Source: a bacterium (GTDB taxonomy: Bacteria; UBA8248). Taken from it: 64,000 nt of DNA. Positions 8,995-18,848 of the stretch are shown here, piece by piece. Below the pieces are notes generated by a model. That model had not been told where the DNA came from. It searched no databases and was given only the letters and a program-made list of their open reading frames with translations. The position numbers and the translations under genes are program-made. The stretch spans positions 864,001 to 928,000 of the forward strand of contig OZ244799.1 of NCBI GenBank assembly GCA_965219955.1, in the 5' to 3' direction. Each line of letters begins with the position of its first letter. The first letter of the stretch is position 1.

Positions 8995-10518
8995 ATGCGG
9001 TTCTCCGTTGTCGGCGGTGAGGGCTTCGACCAGGGGACGGACGCCCTGGTTTGCCTCATGGCGAAAGACGAGAAAAACGAGCAGTTGGAAAAGGTTCTCG
9101 GCGGCGCCCTGGCCTCCTTGCGCGCGCGCAAGGTTTTTGAGGGGAAAGAGGGGCAGGTCTCCGTTCTGCCCGTACCCGAGGGGGGTGGAGCGCCCGATTT
9201 CGTGGTTCTCGCAGGCCTGGGCGATGAGGCGTCGCCCGAATCGGTTCGCTGCTCCGGCGCTCTGGCGGCCAGGCGCGCCCGCGCCGAGGGTTTGAAGAGC
9301 ATCGCATTCTCGGCTTCTTCCGTTGTTGGCGATGACCTCGATGCGCGCGGGGCGGCCCAGGCGATTGTCGAGGGCGTGGGGCTCGGCCTCTACCGGATGG
9401 ACAAGTACAAGAGTGCGGATGATGACGAGAAGAGCGAGGTCTCGAGCGTCGTTTTGTGCGGGGGATCGGGCAGGAACCTGAGCGCGATGCGGCGCGGGGT
9501 GCGCTATGGCCGTGCTCTGTGCGAGGGGACGAATTACGCGCGCGACCTCATCAACACGCCCAGCAACGAGAAGCGCCCGCCCGCACTCGCCGAGATGGCG
9601 CGCGCGATGGCGCGGCGCGAGGGCCTTCGGTGCCGCGTGCTGGACGAGAAGCAGATGGCGAGGCAGAAGATGGGCGCGCTTCTCTCTGTAAGCCGGGGCA
9701 GCAGCGAGCCGGCTCGTATGGTCGTTCTGGAGTACAGGCCCCAGGGCGCGCGGACGAAGCCCATCGCCTTCGTCGGCAAGGGGGTGACGTTCGACACGGG
9801 CGGCATCTCCATCAAGCCGAGCGGCGGTCTCGAACTCATGACGACCGACATGAGCGGCGCCGCCGCCGTGTTGGGCGCGATGCTCGCCGTCGCGCGCGTA
9901 AAGCCCCGCGTGCCCGTGGTGGGCGTGGCCGGCCTCGTGGAGAACATGGTGGACGGCGACGCCACGCGGCCCGGCGACATCGTGCGCTCGATGAAGGGCA
10001 CGACGGTCGAAATCCACAACACCGACGCCGAGGGCCGGCTCGTCCTGGCAGACGCGCTCCATTACACGCGCGAGAAATACAAGCCCCAGTGCATGATCGA
10101 TCTGGCAACGCTCACGGGCGCCTGCATGGTGGCGCTCGGCCAGAAGGTGACAGGCATGTACGGCACGCACGATGAATTATTGGAGCGGGTACGCGACCTG
10201 GGCGAGCGCACCGGCGACCGCGTCTGGCACATGCCGCTCTTCCCGGAATACGGCGAGGCGATGAAGGGCAAGATAGCCGACATGTGCAACATCTCGGGCG
10301 CGCGCTGGGGGGGAGCAAACACCGCGGCGGCGTTTTTGCAGCACTTCGCCGACGAGACGCCCTGGGTTCATCTCGACATCGCGGGCCCCTCGCACACCGG
10401 AAAAGCCGGACCCTACCGCCCCGAGGGCGGCACCGGCGTGGGCGTGCGGATACTCGCGGAGCTTGCGATGGCCTGGAAGCGCCTCCCCGCACAGGAGGGC
10501 AAGGCCTACGGGTGTTAG
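8995..10518 (+). CDS. pepA: Leucyl aminopeptidase (M17)
   Basis: VGKGVTFDTGG, DMSGAA, NTDAEGRL, DLATLTGA, HLDIAG; AGGAG before ATG 8995. Confidence 0.95.
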   Translation: MRFSVVGGEGFDQGTDALVCLMAKDEKNEQLEKVLGGALASLRARKVFEGKEGQVSVLPVPEGGGAPDFVVLAGLGDEASPESVRCSGALAARRARAEGLKSIAFSASSVVGDDLDARGAAQAIVEGVGLGLYRMDKYKSADDDEKSEVSSVVLCGGSGRNLSAMRRGVRYGRALCEGTNYARDLINTPSNEKRPPALAEMARAMARREGLRCRVLDEKQMARQKMGALLSVSRGSSEPARMVVLEYRPQGARTKPIAFVGKGVTFDTGGISIKPSGGLELMTTDMSGAAAVLGAMLAVARVKPRVPVVGVAGLVENMVDGDATRPGDIVRSMKGTTVEIHNTDAEGRLVLADALHYTREKYKPQCMIDLATLTGACMVALGQKVTGMYGTHDELLERVRDLGERTGDRVWHMPLFPEYGEAMKGKIADMCNISGARWGGANTAAAFLQHFADETPWVHLDIAGPSHTGKAGPYRPEGGTGVGVRILAELAMAWKRLPAQEGKAYGC

Positions 10519-10556
10519 GGGAGGCGAACCCCAGAGCGCGTCGAGCGCCCTTCGGT

Positions 10557-10839
10557 ACAAACGCTCATTTATCAATCGCGTTTTACCTTCGGCGGCTACT
10601 CAGGGTGAGGTCGATACGTCGGCTATGCAGTGCGGGATAGCCGTCATTCCGGCGAATGCCGGAATCCAGCGACTTTGCGCTTTGCTTTTGTTTTTTATGA
10701 AAAAAAGAGAATGCCACATCTTTCCACCCGATTGGTTCTGGATTCCGGCATTCGCCGGAATGACGAACGAAAAGCGGGCGGGCGCGGGACTCATCCCTAT
10801 GGAACAAACCCTCCCTCTTCGGGGTTTTTCAACAACCCC
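10557..10839. repeat. Repeat mosaic with a GTCATTCCGGCGAATGCCGGAATCC inverted doublet (10642-10765) and a lone TTTTTCAACAACCCC end
   Basis: Direct reading; homologous doublets at 23477-23619 and 63209-63351. Confidence 0.85.
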
Positions 10840-10863
10840 TTTTGGGCTGGGTTGCTTGTCTCG

Positions 10864-11889
10864 CTACTCCACGGCGAACGCCTTGGAGACGGGCCGGCTG
10901 GTGTTGTTCCATCCCGGGATGATGAACGAGGAAGGCCCGGGAAGTCCGCCCGCCACAAGAAGAGTGACGTCTTCCGGTTTCCGGATCATGGGCGCCATGC
11001 ACGCATCATCGTCGTGATCCACCCATCCGGGCCATTCGCTTTTTTCTTTTCCCCGGTAGCGGCCGCCGCGCTTTAGTAGCCCCACGGGCAGTCGGGCGCG
11101 CTCGGCGAGTCCCCGTTTGGCGTCGTCCCGGCTGAAGCCGTGGTCGGCGAGGAGTTGCGCGTGTTCGGGCCCCATGATCACCGTGAGGCCCACGGGCGAG
11201 TAGGCGTGGCGCGTACCCATGGTGGCGATGGTGCTTGCAATGGTGGTGAGCACGCCGTCTGCGTGATCGCTCGAATCATCGAGCGCGACGCGCGGGCCTT
11301 CCCCCGCGCAGGCGGTGACGACGTTCTCCTCCCGCCCGAATCCGCGTTCCTCGGCGAGTGAGGGCCAGGGGCTGATTTCCTCGTTCTCGCGCAGGCAGTA
11401 GGCGAACTTGCTCGGGCTGCCGAATGTGCTCATGTCGACCACGCCGGGGATCCCGCCCCCCAGGTTCAGGAGCATGAGCCTGAGCGCGCGGCCGATGGTC
11501 GCGTTGGCCCGGAAACCGGGCCCCAGGCAGCCCGTGCCGCCGTGGACCCCGATCTCGCGCGGGTAGGGGCCGTTCATGACGATGAGGGGACCGGCGGGGT
11601 TCATCGTCGCCTGAATGCCGTTCATGTTGAAGCGCCCGTCCAGAATGCACGAGAGCGCGCACGCGAGCGCGGGAAAGTATTCGGGCTTGCAGCCCGCCAT
11701 GACGGCGTGAATCGCCACTGTTTCCATGGTCGCGGGATGGTTCGCCGGCGGCACGTGGCCGATGAGGGCATCGGGCGCATGGTCTGCGAGCATTGCGGAC
11801 AGACGCTCTTCCGTCGGGACCACGACGGGCAGGCCGTCGGACCAGGGTTGCGCGAAGAAATACTCGACCGGGTCTATCGCGTCCGCCAT
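10864..11889 (-). CDS. Conserved hypothetical protein (DGLPVVxPT family, often near UGSC/thioredoxin-like genes)
   Basis: WSDGLPVVVPT, AVMAGCKPEY, RANATIGRALRL, ENEE-SPW motifs. Confidence 0.7.
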   Translation of the reverse strand: MADAIDPVEYFFAQPWSDGLPVVVPTEERLSAMLADHAPDALIGHVPPANHPATMETVAIHAVMAGCKPEYFPALACALSCILDGRFNMNGIQATMNPAGPLIVMNGPYPREIGVHGGTGCLGPGFRANATIGRALRLMLLNLGGGIPGVVDMSTFGSPSKFAYCLRENEEISPWPSLAEERGFGREENVVTACAGEGPRVALDDSSDHADGVLTTIASTIATMGTRHAYSPVGLTVIMGPEHAQLLADHGFSRDDAKRGLAERARLPVGLLKRGGRYRGKEKSEWPGWVDHDDDACMAPMIRKPEDVTLLVAGGLPGPSSFIIPGWNNTSRPVSKAFAVE

Positions 11890-11899
11890 ATGCTTAAGC

Positions 11900-12814
11900 C
11901 TACGCTCTTTCGGCGATGGCGCGGGCGCGGGCGAGCACGTTATCGGCGTGCTTGACCATGGCGATATCGATCATCTTGCCCTGGAAGGAAACCGCGCCTA
12001 ATCCCTGCGCCTCGCCCTCGCGGTAGGCTTGGGCCATCTCGGTGTAGTAGGAGACCTCTTCTTCGCTTGGCGAATAGACGTCGTTGAAGATCGGCACCTG
12101 TCTGGGATGGATGGCCGCCTTGCCGGTGTAGCCGAGTTTTTTGGCGAATTCCGCATCCGCCCGGCAGCCGTCGTCGTCCTGCAGGCGCATGTAGACGCCG
12201 TCGGTGGGGTGGGGCAGTCGCGCCGCCCGCGCCTCGACGAGCACCTTGCTCCGCGTGTAGAGGAGCGTCGTGCCGTCTTCCGTCCAGGTGGCCCCCAGGC
12301 TGCGGCAAAGGTCCGCATCCTCCGCACTGCCCAGGTTCACGCCCACCACGCGGTCCGCCGCCTTGCAGATGTCGTAGCAATGCACCACGCCCGGGGCGCT
12401 CTCAATCTGCGCGATGACCCCAACGCCGCCTTCTTCCAGGCCGCGCTCGCGCTCGTATTTCGAAAGCAGGGCATCGGCGGTTCGCACGTCCGCGGCGCTT
12501 TCGGGCTTGGGGAGGAAAATGCCGTCGAGTCCCTGGGTCACGATGGCGTCAATGTCTTCTTCGAGCATGCCCGATTCCACGTCGTTCACGCGCACGAGAA
12601 CCGTGGAGGGGCCGCCGGGCGCGCTGCTCGTCTCTGCGATGCCTGCGCGCACGAGTTCGCGCGCCGCTTCCTTCATCTGGGGGGCGACGGAATCCTCGAG
12701 ATCGAACAGGGCGGCGTCCGCCTCGATAGTGGGGCCTTTGCCCACCATCTTCTCGCTCGAACCGGGGATGAAGAGCATGGAGCGCAAGGGGGTGTCGATG
12801 TCTGGTCTGGCCAT
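11900..12814 (-). CDS. HpcH/HpaI aldolase / citrate lyase beta (CitE) family CoA-ester lyase
   Basis: RSMLFIPG, DLEDSV, IESAPG, GKAAIHPRQ, GKMID. Confidence 0.9.
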   Translation of the reverse strand: MARPDIDTPLRSMLFIPGSSEKMVGKGPTIEADAALFDLEDSVAPQMKEAARELVRAGIAETSSAPGGPSTVLVRVNDVESGMLEEDIDAIVTQGLDGIFLPKPESAADVRTADALLSKYERERGLEEGGVGVIAQIESAPGVVHCYDICKAADRVVGVNLGSAEDADLCRSLGATWTEDGTTLLYTRSKVLVEARAARLPHPTDGVYMRLQDDDGCRADAEFAKKLGYTGKAAIHPRQVPIFNDVYSPSEEEVSYYTEMAQAYREGEAQGLGAVSFQGKMIDIAMVKHADNVLARARAIAERA

Positions 12815-12887
12815 GGGATTTTCATACTCCTTGTTGTCTTGGTCACTTGCCGGAAGCAAAGCAACTAAGGTTACGGGATTCCAGTAT

Positions 12888-14171
12888 TCAATATTCCAAA
12901 AGGGAAAAGTCCATGTTTTCGAGAGCGGCGCGCATGTCGGAGATGAACCTGCCCGCCGCCATGCCGTCGTTCACGCGGTGGTCGAAGGTGATCGCCAGAA
13001 TCATGACGGGCCGCACCGAGACCGAGCCGGTCGGAAGGGCCACCGGGCGCGGCGCAATGGCCCCCGTGCCGATGATGGCCACCTCGGGCGGGTTGATGAT
13101 GGGGTTTCCGCCCAGCGCGCCCGAGGCGCCGAAATTGGTGAGCGTGAGCGTCCCGCCCCGGACGTCTTCGGGGCTGAGCGCGCCCTCTCTCGCGCGGGCC
13201 GCCAGATCGTCGAGCCGAATGGAAAGCTCCACCAGGTTCATCGAATCCGCCGATTTCAAGACGGGCACCACGAGGCCGCCCGGGGAGTCGACGGCGACGC
13301 CAAGATTGAGATAGCGCCTGACCGTGAGGGCGGCGTCTTCAAACGTGGCGCTGAAGCGCTCGTTGCCTTCGTTTCTGAGCGCGTGGACGAGCGCCATGAT
13401 GAAAAAGGGCGTGTAGGTGAGGTTTGCGCCGTGTTTCTCGCGAAACGCCTCTTTGTTCGCGTCGCGAAAGGCCGACACGCCGCTCATGTCGACTTCCAGC
13501 CAACTGGTGACCTGGGGAATTTCCTGTACGGAGCGGGTCAAGTTCTCTGCGATCCGCTTCCTGACCCTGCTGAGCGGTTCGACTCGCTCATCATGTCCTT
13601 CGCTGAGCGGTTTCGCCGACATCTCGATTCTGGGCGGTGCGCCGCCGCCCGCGATAAACGCCTCCACGTCGCGCGCGCTGACCCTTCCGCCCGCTCCCGT
13701 GCCTTGTATGCCGGCGATTACGTCCAGGCCGACCCCGTGTGCGGCGGCGAGGCTCTGGACGCGGGGGGAGAGCCAGGTTTTTCCCTCAGTCGATGGGCGG
13801 GACGTTTTTTCCACCCGCGCCGCGGGGATGACGGGTTTTTCCCTGGGCTGCAAGGGCGCGACCGGGGCCGCCCAGTCGCTCGCGCCCGATTCCGGCTCTT
13901 CCGGCTCGGGCGTCTCTTCGGCGACCTCGGTTTCGGTCTCCATGGTCGCGAGCACCTCGCCCACGGGCACGGTCTCCTCGGCTTCCGTCAGGATTTCCGT
14001 TATCACGCCGTCTGCGGGGGCCTCGACCTCGAACTCCACCTTGTCGCTCTCCGCGGAGAGGAGCACCTCGCCCTTCGCCACCGTGTCGCCCACCGCCTTC
14101 TTCCAGGCGACCACCGTGCTCTCGTGCACGCTGGTTCCCATGCGGGGCATTCTGATGCGCGCGGTGTACAT
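12888..14171 (-). CDS. 2-oxoacid dehydrogenase E2 dihydrolipoamide acyltransferase
   Basis: Lipoyl domain ESDKV, E3-binding GTGAGGRV, catalytic FDHRVNDG. Confidence 0.93.
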   Translation of the reverse strand: MYTARIRMPRMGTSVHESTVVAWKKAVGDTVAKGEVLLSAESDKVEFEVEAPADGVITEILTEAEETVPVGEVLATMETETEVAEETPEPEEPESGASDWAAPVAPLQPREKPVIPAARVEKTSRPSTEGKTWLSPRVQSLAAAHGVGLDVIAGIQGTGAGGRVSARDVEAFIAGGGAPPRIEMSAKPLSEGHDERVEPLSRVRKRIAENLTRSVQEIPQVTSWLEVDMSGVSAFRDANKEAFREKHGANLTYTPFFIMALVHALRNEGNERFSATFEDAALTVRRYLNLGVAVDSPGGLVVPVLKSADSMNLVELSIRLDDLAARAREGALSPEDVRGGTLTLTNFGASGALGGNPIINPPEVAIIGTGAIAPRPVALPTGSVSVRPVMILAITFDHRVNDGMAAGRFISDMRAALENMDFSLLEY

Positions 14172-14267
14172 GGGGGCTCCTTCAAGCGTGATGGGGAAAT
14201 TCCTGGGGAGTATATACCAGAATCCGTTCCGTATTTACAAAAGCGGGGCGCGCCCGTCGTCCCGGTC

Positions 14268-14684
14268 TCAATCCCGGCCGATGAGGGGTTGTTGAAAAAG
14301 CCCTCTTCCCCAAGGGATAAAGGCAACCCCCCCTACCCCCCCTTGTCAGGGGGGTATAAAAAGGCGATGCGTTTCCACCGGGCTGAGGTGGTTTTGCTCT
14401 TTCTTACCCCCCTGACAAGGGGGGGTAGGGGGGTTGGTTTTCATGCAGGTGAGAGGGCAATCAAACCCGACCGAGGAGGCGCCGCCCCGTAGGGACAGGC
14501 CTCCGTGCCTGTCCTGACGAAGGACAATCACGGAGGGCAGGACAGGCGCCGTGCCTGCCCGATGCCCTGTTCTACAAGGGACAACCACAGGGGGTTGTCC
14601 CTACAAACGACCAGTCCATACCCCGAATCACGAAATCGGGACTATTTCAATTAAACCCCTCATTCATCAATCGGGTTTGACCCT
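14268..14684. repeat. Repeat mosaic (TGTTGAAAAA end, CCCCCCTACCCCCCTTG doublet, GTAGGGACAGG REP) between the E1b and E2 genes
   Basis: Motifs shared with clusters at 28.3-28.7 kb, 30.3 kb and 37.5 kb. Confidence 0.8.
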
Positions 14685-14713
14685 CAAAGAGGGAATGAAA
14701 AACCTTCGGCGGG

Positions 14714-15706
14714 TCAGAACGCGGCGAGGTCGCGCAGTTCGTTCACCACTTTCTCCGTGCTGGGCAGGTAGGCGCGCTCGAGCGGGGGGCTGAGCGGCAC
14801 GTGGGCTTCCGGCGCGCCGATGCGGCGGACGGGCGCGTCGAGATATTCAAAAACCTCCTCGCTCACGATGGCGGCCAACTCACCGCCCACGCCGCCTCGT
14901 TTTCTCGCCTCGTGCAGGAAGAGGATTTTCCCCGTCTTCTTCACACTTTCGAGGATCGCCCCTTTATCGAGCGGAACCAGGGTTCTGAGATCGATGACCT
15001 CCACCGACACCCCGTCGTTTTCGAGCACTTCCGCCGCTTCCAGGGCTTCGAGCACGGTGGTGCCGAAGGTGATGAGCGAAATGTCCTCTCCCTCGCGCAG
15101 GGTTCTCGCCTGGCCGAAGGGCACGGTGTAATCGTCATCCGGAATCCCGGGTCTCAGGACTTCGGGCAGCTCGTCCACCGGGTAGTTATAGAACTTTTTG
15201 TATTCCATGAAGATGACGGGGTTGGGATCTCTGATCGCTCCCTTGAGCATTCCCTTGGCGTCAAAAGCGGTGGTGGGAGCGACGATCTTGAGGCCGGGCG
15301 TTCCGAAAAACCATATTTCGGGGTTCTGGCTGTGGAAAGGGCCCGCGCTCACGAGCGCGGCGGCGGGCAGGCGCAGGACGATGGGCACCGGCCCCATCTG
15401 CCGGTAGTGGTTCCCGGCCGCGTAATCCACGATCATCTTGTAGGATTCGGTGACGAAATCGGCGAACTGAAACTCCACCACGGGGCGCATGCCGCAAAGC
15501 GCGGCGCCGATGGCCGCGCCTGTGAAGCCCGCCTCGCTCAGGGGGACGTCCACCACGCGGTCGCGCCCGAATTTCTCCATGAACCCTTTTGTGACGTAGA
15601 AGGCCCCGCCGCCGAGGCCGATGTCCTCCCCGAAGAGAAACACGTCCTCGTCCCGCTCCATCTCCTCCCAGAGGGCTTCGCTCAGCGCTTCGCGGTAGGT
15701 GATCAT
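14714..15706 (-). CDS. 2-oxoacid dehydrogenase E1 beta subunit
   Basis: GEDIG, PLSEAGF, EFQFADF, HSQ, EVIDLRTL. Confidence 0.93.
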   Translation of the reverse strand: MITYREALSEALWEEMERDEDVFLFGEDIGLGGGAFYVTKGFMEKFGRDRVVDVPLSEAGFTGAAIGAALCGMRPVVEFQFADFVTESYKMIVDYAAGNHYRQMGPVPIVLRLPAAALVSAGPFHSQNPEIWFFGTPGLKIVAPTTAFDAKGMLKGAIRDPNPVIFMEYKKFYNYPVDELPEVLRPGIPDDDYTVPFGQARTLREGEDISLITFGTTVLEALEAAEVLENDGVSVEVIDLRTLVPLDKGAILESVKKTGKILFLHEARKRGGVGGELAAIVSEEVFEYLDAPVRRIGAPEAHVPLSPPLERAYLPSTEKVVNELRDLAAF

Positions 15707-16800
15707 TCGGCGAACACTCCTTCGGTCAGGCCCGCGGGGTCGGGCATCGGGCTTTTCAGCGCTTCATCGCGCGCGTCTTCGGCGTCTTTTCTCGCTTTAT
15801 CATGCGATTCGGTAACTTGTTCCTGCGTCATGACGCCGAACTCGATGAGCGCCTCGTCGAGCCGCTTGATGGGGTCGCGCTCGTTGGTCCACTTCTCGAA
15901 ATGCTCCATGTCCACGTAGTCGGCGAACTTGTCGTACACCGAATGGCCGGCGGCGCGCAGGGTGATGCTCTCGATGAGCGTGGGGCCGCCGCCCGCCCTC
16001 GCGCGCGCGAGCGCTTCTGAACACACGTGGTGCACCAGTGGCGCGTTCGTGCCGTCGATGAGAAAGCCGGGAAGCCCGTAGCCGGGCGCCTTCAGCACCA
16101 GGGCGTCGCATGCGTACTGATCGCTCAGCAGCGTCTTGTAGGCGTACTGGTTGTTGTCGATGATGATGACGAGGGGAAGCTTTCTCACGGCGGCGAAGTT
16201 CACCGCCTCGTGAAAATCGCCCGCGCTCGTGCCGCCGTCGCCGATGTAGTTGATGGTGGCCTCGCCCTTGCCGCGCGCCTTGGCCGCCCACGCCACGCCC
16301 GTCGCGATGGGCACCATGGTGCCGATGTGGCTGATCAATTGGGTGATGCGCTTGGGCCGGTAGCCCATGTGGAAATTCCCGTCGCGTCCGCCGGAGGGGC
16401 CGTCGGCGCGTCCGAAGAAATGCGACATGATGCTCCTGGGCGGATGACCCTTGGCGAGGTGCGCTCCACAGTTACGGTGCATGGGCACGAGCCATTCGTG
16501 ATCTTCGAGACACATCGCGCTCGCGACGCTCGCCCCCTCGTTCCCCCTTCCGAAAAAGGCGGTGCCGGGGATGTGGCCGGCGCGAAAGGCGGAATCGAGC
16601 GTCTCCTCGACAGCACGGGCGAGCGAGACGAGATAGTGCATCCGCTCCGCGGTTTCCTGGTCGGGGAGAATCTCTTTTTTGGTGAAACTCACCCAGCGCG
16701 CTTCCAGGCCGTCCACGGCGAGGTAGCGATCGGCGAGATCGGCATAAAAATCAAGGCCTGCCAACTCCTCGCGCGTGGCGAGGGGGTGATTCGCGTCCAT
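15703..16800 (-). CDS. 2-oxoacid dehydrogenase E1 alpha subunit (TPP-dependent)
   Basis: GDGGTS...NN TPP motif, GGGPTLIE, GHS; 4-bp overlap with E1b. Confidence 0.92.
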   Translation of the reverse strand: MDANHPLATREELAGLDFYADLADRYLAVDGLEARWVSFTKKEILPDQETAERMHYLVSLARAVEETLDSAFRAGHIPGTAFFGRGNEGASVASAMCLEDHEWLVPMHRNCGAHLAKGHPPRSIMSHFFGRADGPSGGRDGNFHMGYRPKRITQLISHIGTMVPIATGVAWAAKARGKGEATINYIGDGGTSAGDFHEAVNFAAVRKLPLVIIIDNNQYAYKTLLSDQYACDALVLKAPGYGLPGFLIDGTNAPLVHHVCSEALARARAGGGPTLIESITLRAAGHSVYDKFADYVDMEHFEKWTNERDPIKRLDEALIEFGVMTQEQVTESHDKARKDAEDARDEALKSPMPDPAGLTEGVFAE

Positions 16801-17058
16801 GCGGCTCTCCTTGCGCGTGACCGGAGAAAACGACAGACGTCGTGGTGCGTCTTCGGGGTCGTCTCCTGTTCTTCAGGCGATTAAACCATATTTCGCCCCG
16901 GAATGGATACAGCCTTTGAAACGCGCGCGCTTTGAATATAGAGTTGGCGTCCTGAGAACGAGAAGGGAATGGGCGCGCCTGCGCCGGAGCTTTCCAGCGG
17001 GGCGTGGGCGATGTCATGAGGCGGCGCAAGCCGGCCGGTATGAAAAAGTGAGGGAAAG

Positions 17059-17967
17059 ATGAGTCTTCTGGTGGTCGGTTCCATGGCGATAGATTCGGTG
17101 AAGACGCCCTTCGGCGCGCGCGAGGAGGCGGTGGGGGGGTCGGCCACCTATTTCTCGGTGGCGGCGAGCTATTTCTCGGACGTGCGGCTCGTGGCCGTGG
17201 TGGGAGCGGATTTTCCCGAAAATACACTCGAATTTCTGGAAGAGCGCAAAATCGACATATCGGGCATCGAGCGAAGCGACGGGGAGACGTTCCGCTGGCG
17301 CGGGGAGTACGGGTTCGACTTGAACACCGCCCACACGCTCGACACGCAGCTGAACGTCTTCGATAGCTTCTCGCCCAAATTGCCGGATAATTTTAAAGAC
17401 ACCGAGTTCGTCTTTCTGGCGAACATCGACCCCGAGCTTCAGGCCGAGGTCCTGGGCCAGGCGAACTCGCCCCGGCTCGTGGCGTGCGACACCATGAACT
17501 TCTGGATCGAGGGAAAGCGCGAAGAATTGCTCAAAACGCTTTCCCTGGTCGACCTGGTCGTCATCAACGATGCGGAGGCGCGCGCCCTCTCGGGTGAGGC
17601 GAACATCGCGCGCGCCGCGCGCTGTATCCGCGAAATAGGCCCAAAGACCCTGGTGGTGAAACAGGGCGAATACGGCGCGCTGCTCTTTCATGAAGGTGGC
17701 GTGTTCTCCGCCCCCGGGCTGCCGATTGAAGACGTCTGCGACCCCACGGGGGCGGGAGACAGCTTCGCCGGCGGCTTCATGGGTCATATCGCAGCCACGG
17801 GCGACCTGAGCGAGGCGGGAATGCGCCGGGCGGTCGTTTTCGGCAGCGTGATGGCGTCGTTCAACGTGGAATCGTTCAGCTACGACCGCATGCGCGCGCT
17901 CTCGGCGGAGGAGATCGACGCGCGCTACCGGGCGTTCAGCGAACTGGCCCACTTCGAGCGCCTCTGA
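17059..17967 (+). CDS. PfkB-family carbohydrate/nucleoside kinase
   Basis: GGSATY and DPTGAGDSFAGG. Confidence 0.9.
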   Translation: MSLLVVGSMAIDSVKTPFGAREEAVGGSATYFSVAASYFSDVRLVAVVGADFPENTLEFLEERKIDISGIERSDGETFRWRGEYGFDLNTAHTLDTQLNVFDSFSPKLPDNFKDTEFVFLANIDPELQAEVLGQANSPRLVACDTMNFWIEGKREELLKTLSLVDLVVINDAEARALSGEANIARAARCIREIGPKTLVVKQGEYGALLFHEGGVFSAPGLPIEDVCDPTGAGDSFAGGFMGHIAATGDLSEAGMRRAVVFGSVMASFNVESFSYDRMRALSAEEIDARYRAFSELAHFERL

Positions 17968-17976
17968 GGCCGGCCG

Positions 17977-18564
17977 GTGTCGCTCAGGATCATCGGCGGC
18001 GCGGCCAGGAGCCGGAGGATCCCCTCGCCCGGGGAAGAGGGCGTGCGGCCCACGGGTGACCGCGTGCGCGAGGCGCTGTTCAACATCTGGGGAGACGCGG
18101 TCGCCGGCGCTCACGTGCTCGATTTGTGCGCGGGCTCGGGCGCGATATCGCTCGAGTCGCTCAGCCGGGGCGCGGCAGGCGTGGTTGCAATAGAGAATCG
18201 CCCGCGGCTTTGCGCGGCGATGCGCAAAAACGCCGAAACTCTCGGCCTGGCGGAAGGTTTCGATGTGCTCTGTGCGGACGTGATCCGCGAGATCGGGCGC
18301 ATCCGGGCGCAGGGCTTGCGCCGGTTCGAGTTTGCCTTCGCCGATCCGCCCTGGCGCGAAGAGGGGTTGCGGCAAGAGTTGCTCGATGCCGTCTTTTTGC
18401 CCGAACCGATTTGCGCGCAGTTGGTCATGGAAGCGCCCCGGGGCGGTGAGGCGAAAAGCGAAGTGGGCGAGGCGAGACTCGTGCGCGAGAGGCGCTACGG
18501 CGATACGTGTTTGCTCTTCTACGAGGCGGGATCGGCGTGGGTATCGGGTGATGCCGGCGAATGA
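17977..18564 (+). CDS. rsmD: 16S rRNA m2G966 methyltransferase RsmD-like
   Basis: LRIIGG, RPTGDRVREALFNI, LDLCAGSG, DPPW, RRYGDT. Confidence 0.9.
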   Translation: MSLRIIGGAARSRRIPSPGEEGVRPTGDRVREALFNIWGDAVAGAHVLDLCAGSGAISLESLSRGAAGVVAIENRPRLCAAMRKNAETLGLAEGFDVLCADVIREIGRIRAQGLRRFEFAFADPPWREEGLRQELLDAVFLPEPICAQLVMEAPRGGEAKSEVGEARLVRERRYGDTCLLFYEAGSAWVSGDAGE

Positions 18565-18621
18565 AAATAGAAATTCTGATGGCGTGATGCAATGCGAAAT
18601 CGGGATTTCGTCGGTAAAACT

Positions 18622-18813
18622 TGTGCAAAAACAATGCTTAAAACGAAAACGCAAGGCTCGATGGGGCGAAAATTTAGTGTATGTTATTGATATCATTAGC
18701 GTTAGAAGGTTTGCCCAAAATTGTGTCAATATGTTTTAAGTGACGGAAAATAGGGGGTTTAGAGGCCCTCCCAACAGACTTATCCACAGCTTATTCACGG
18801 ATTCTGTGGGCAA
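18622..18813. promoter_or_regulatory. DnaA-box cluster in an AT-rich intergenic region
   Basis: TTATCCACA 18780-18788, TTATTCACG 18791-18799, reverse boxes tgtgggcaa 18805-18813 and tgtgcaaaa 18622-18630. Confidence 0.55.
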
Positions 18814-18848
18814 AAATTACGGAAACTTTATGTTCAGGGGAAAGAGAA

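Noticed and set aside
12414-14492. 692-aa + strand ORF, and similar long ORFs at 17014-18729, 20129-21916, 23829-25601, 38339-39853 and 61378-62976
   Set aside because: Antisense shadows of clearly recognisable genes, expected from high-GC codon bias; no recognisable motifs
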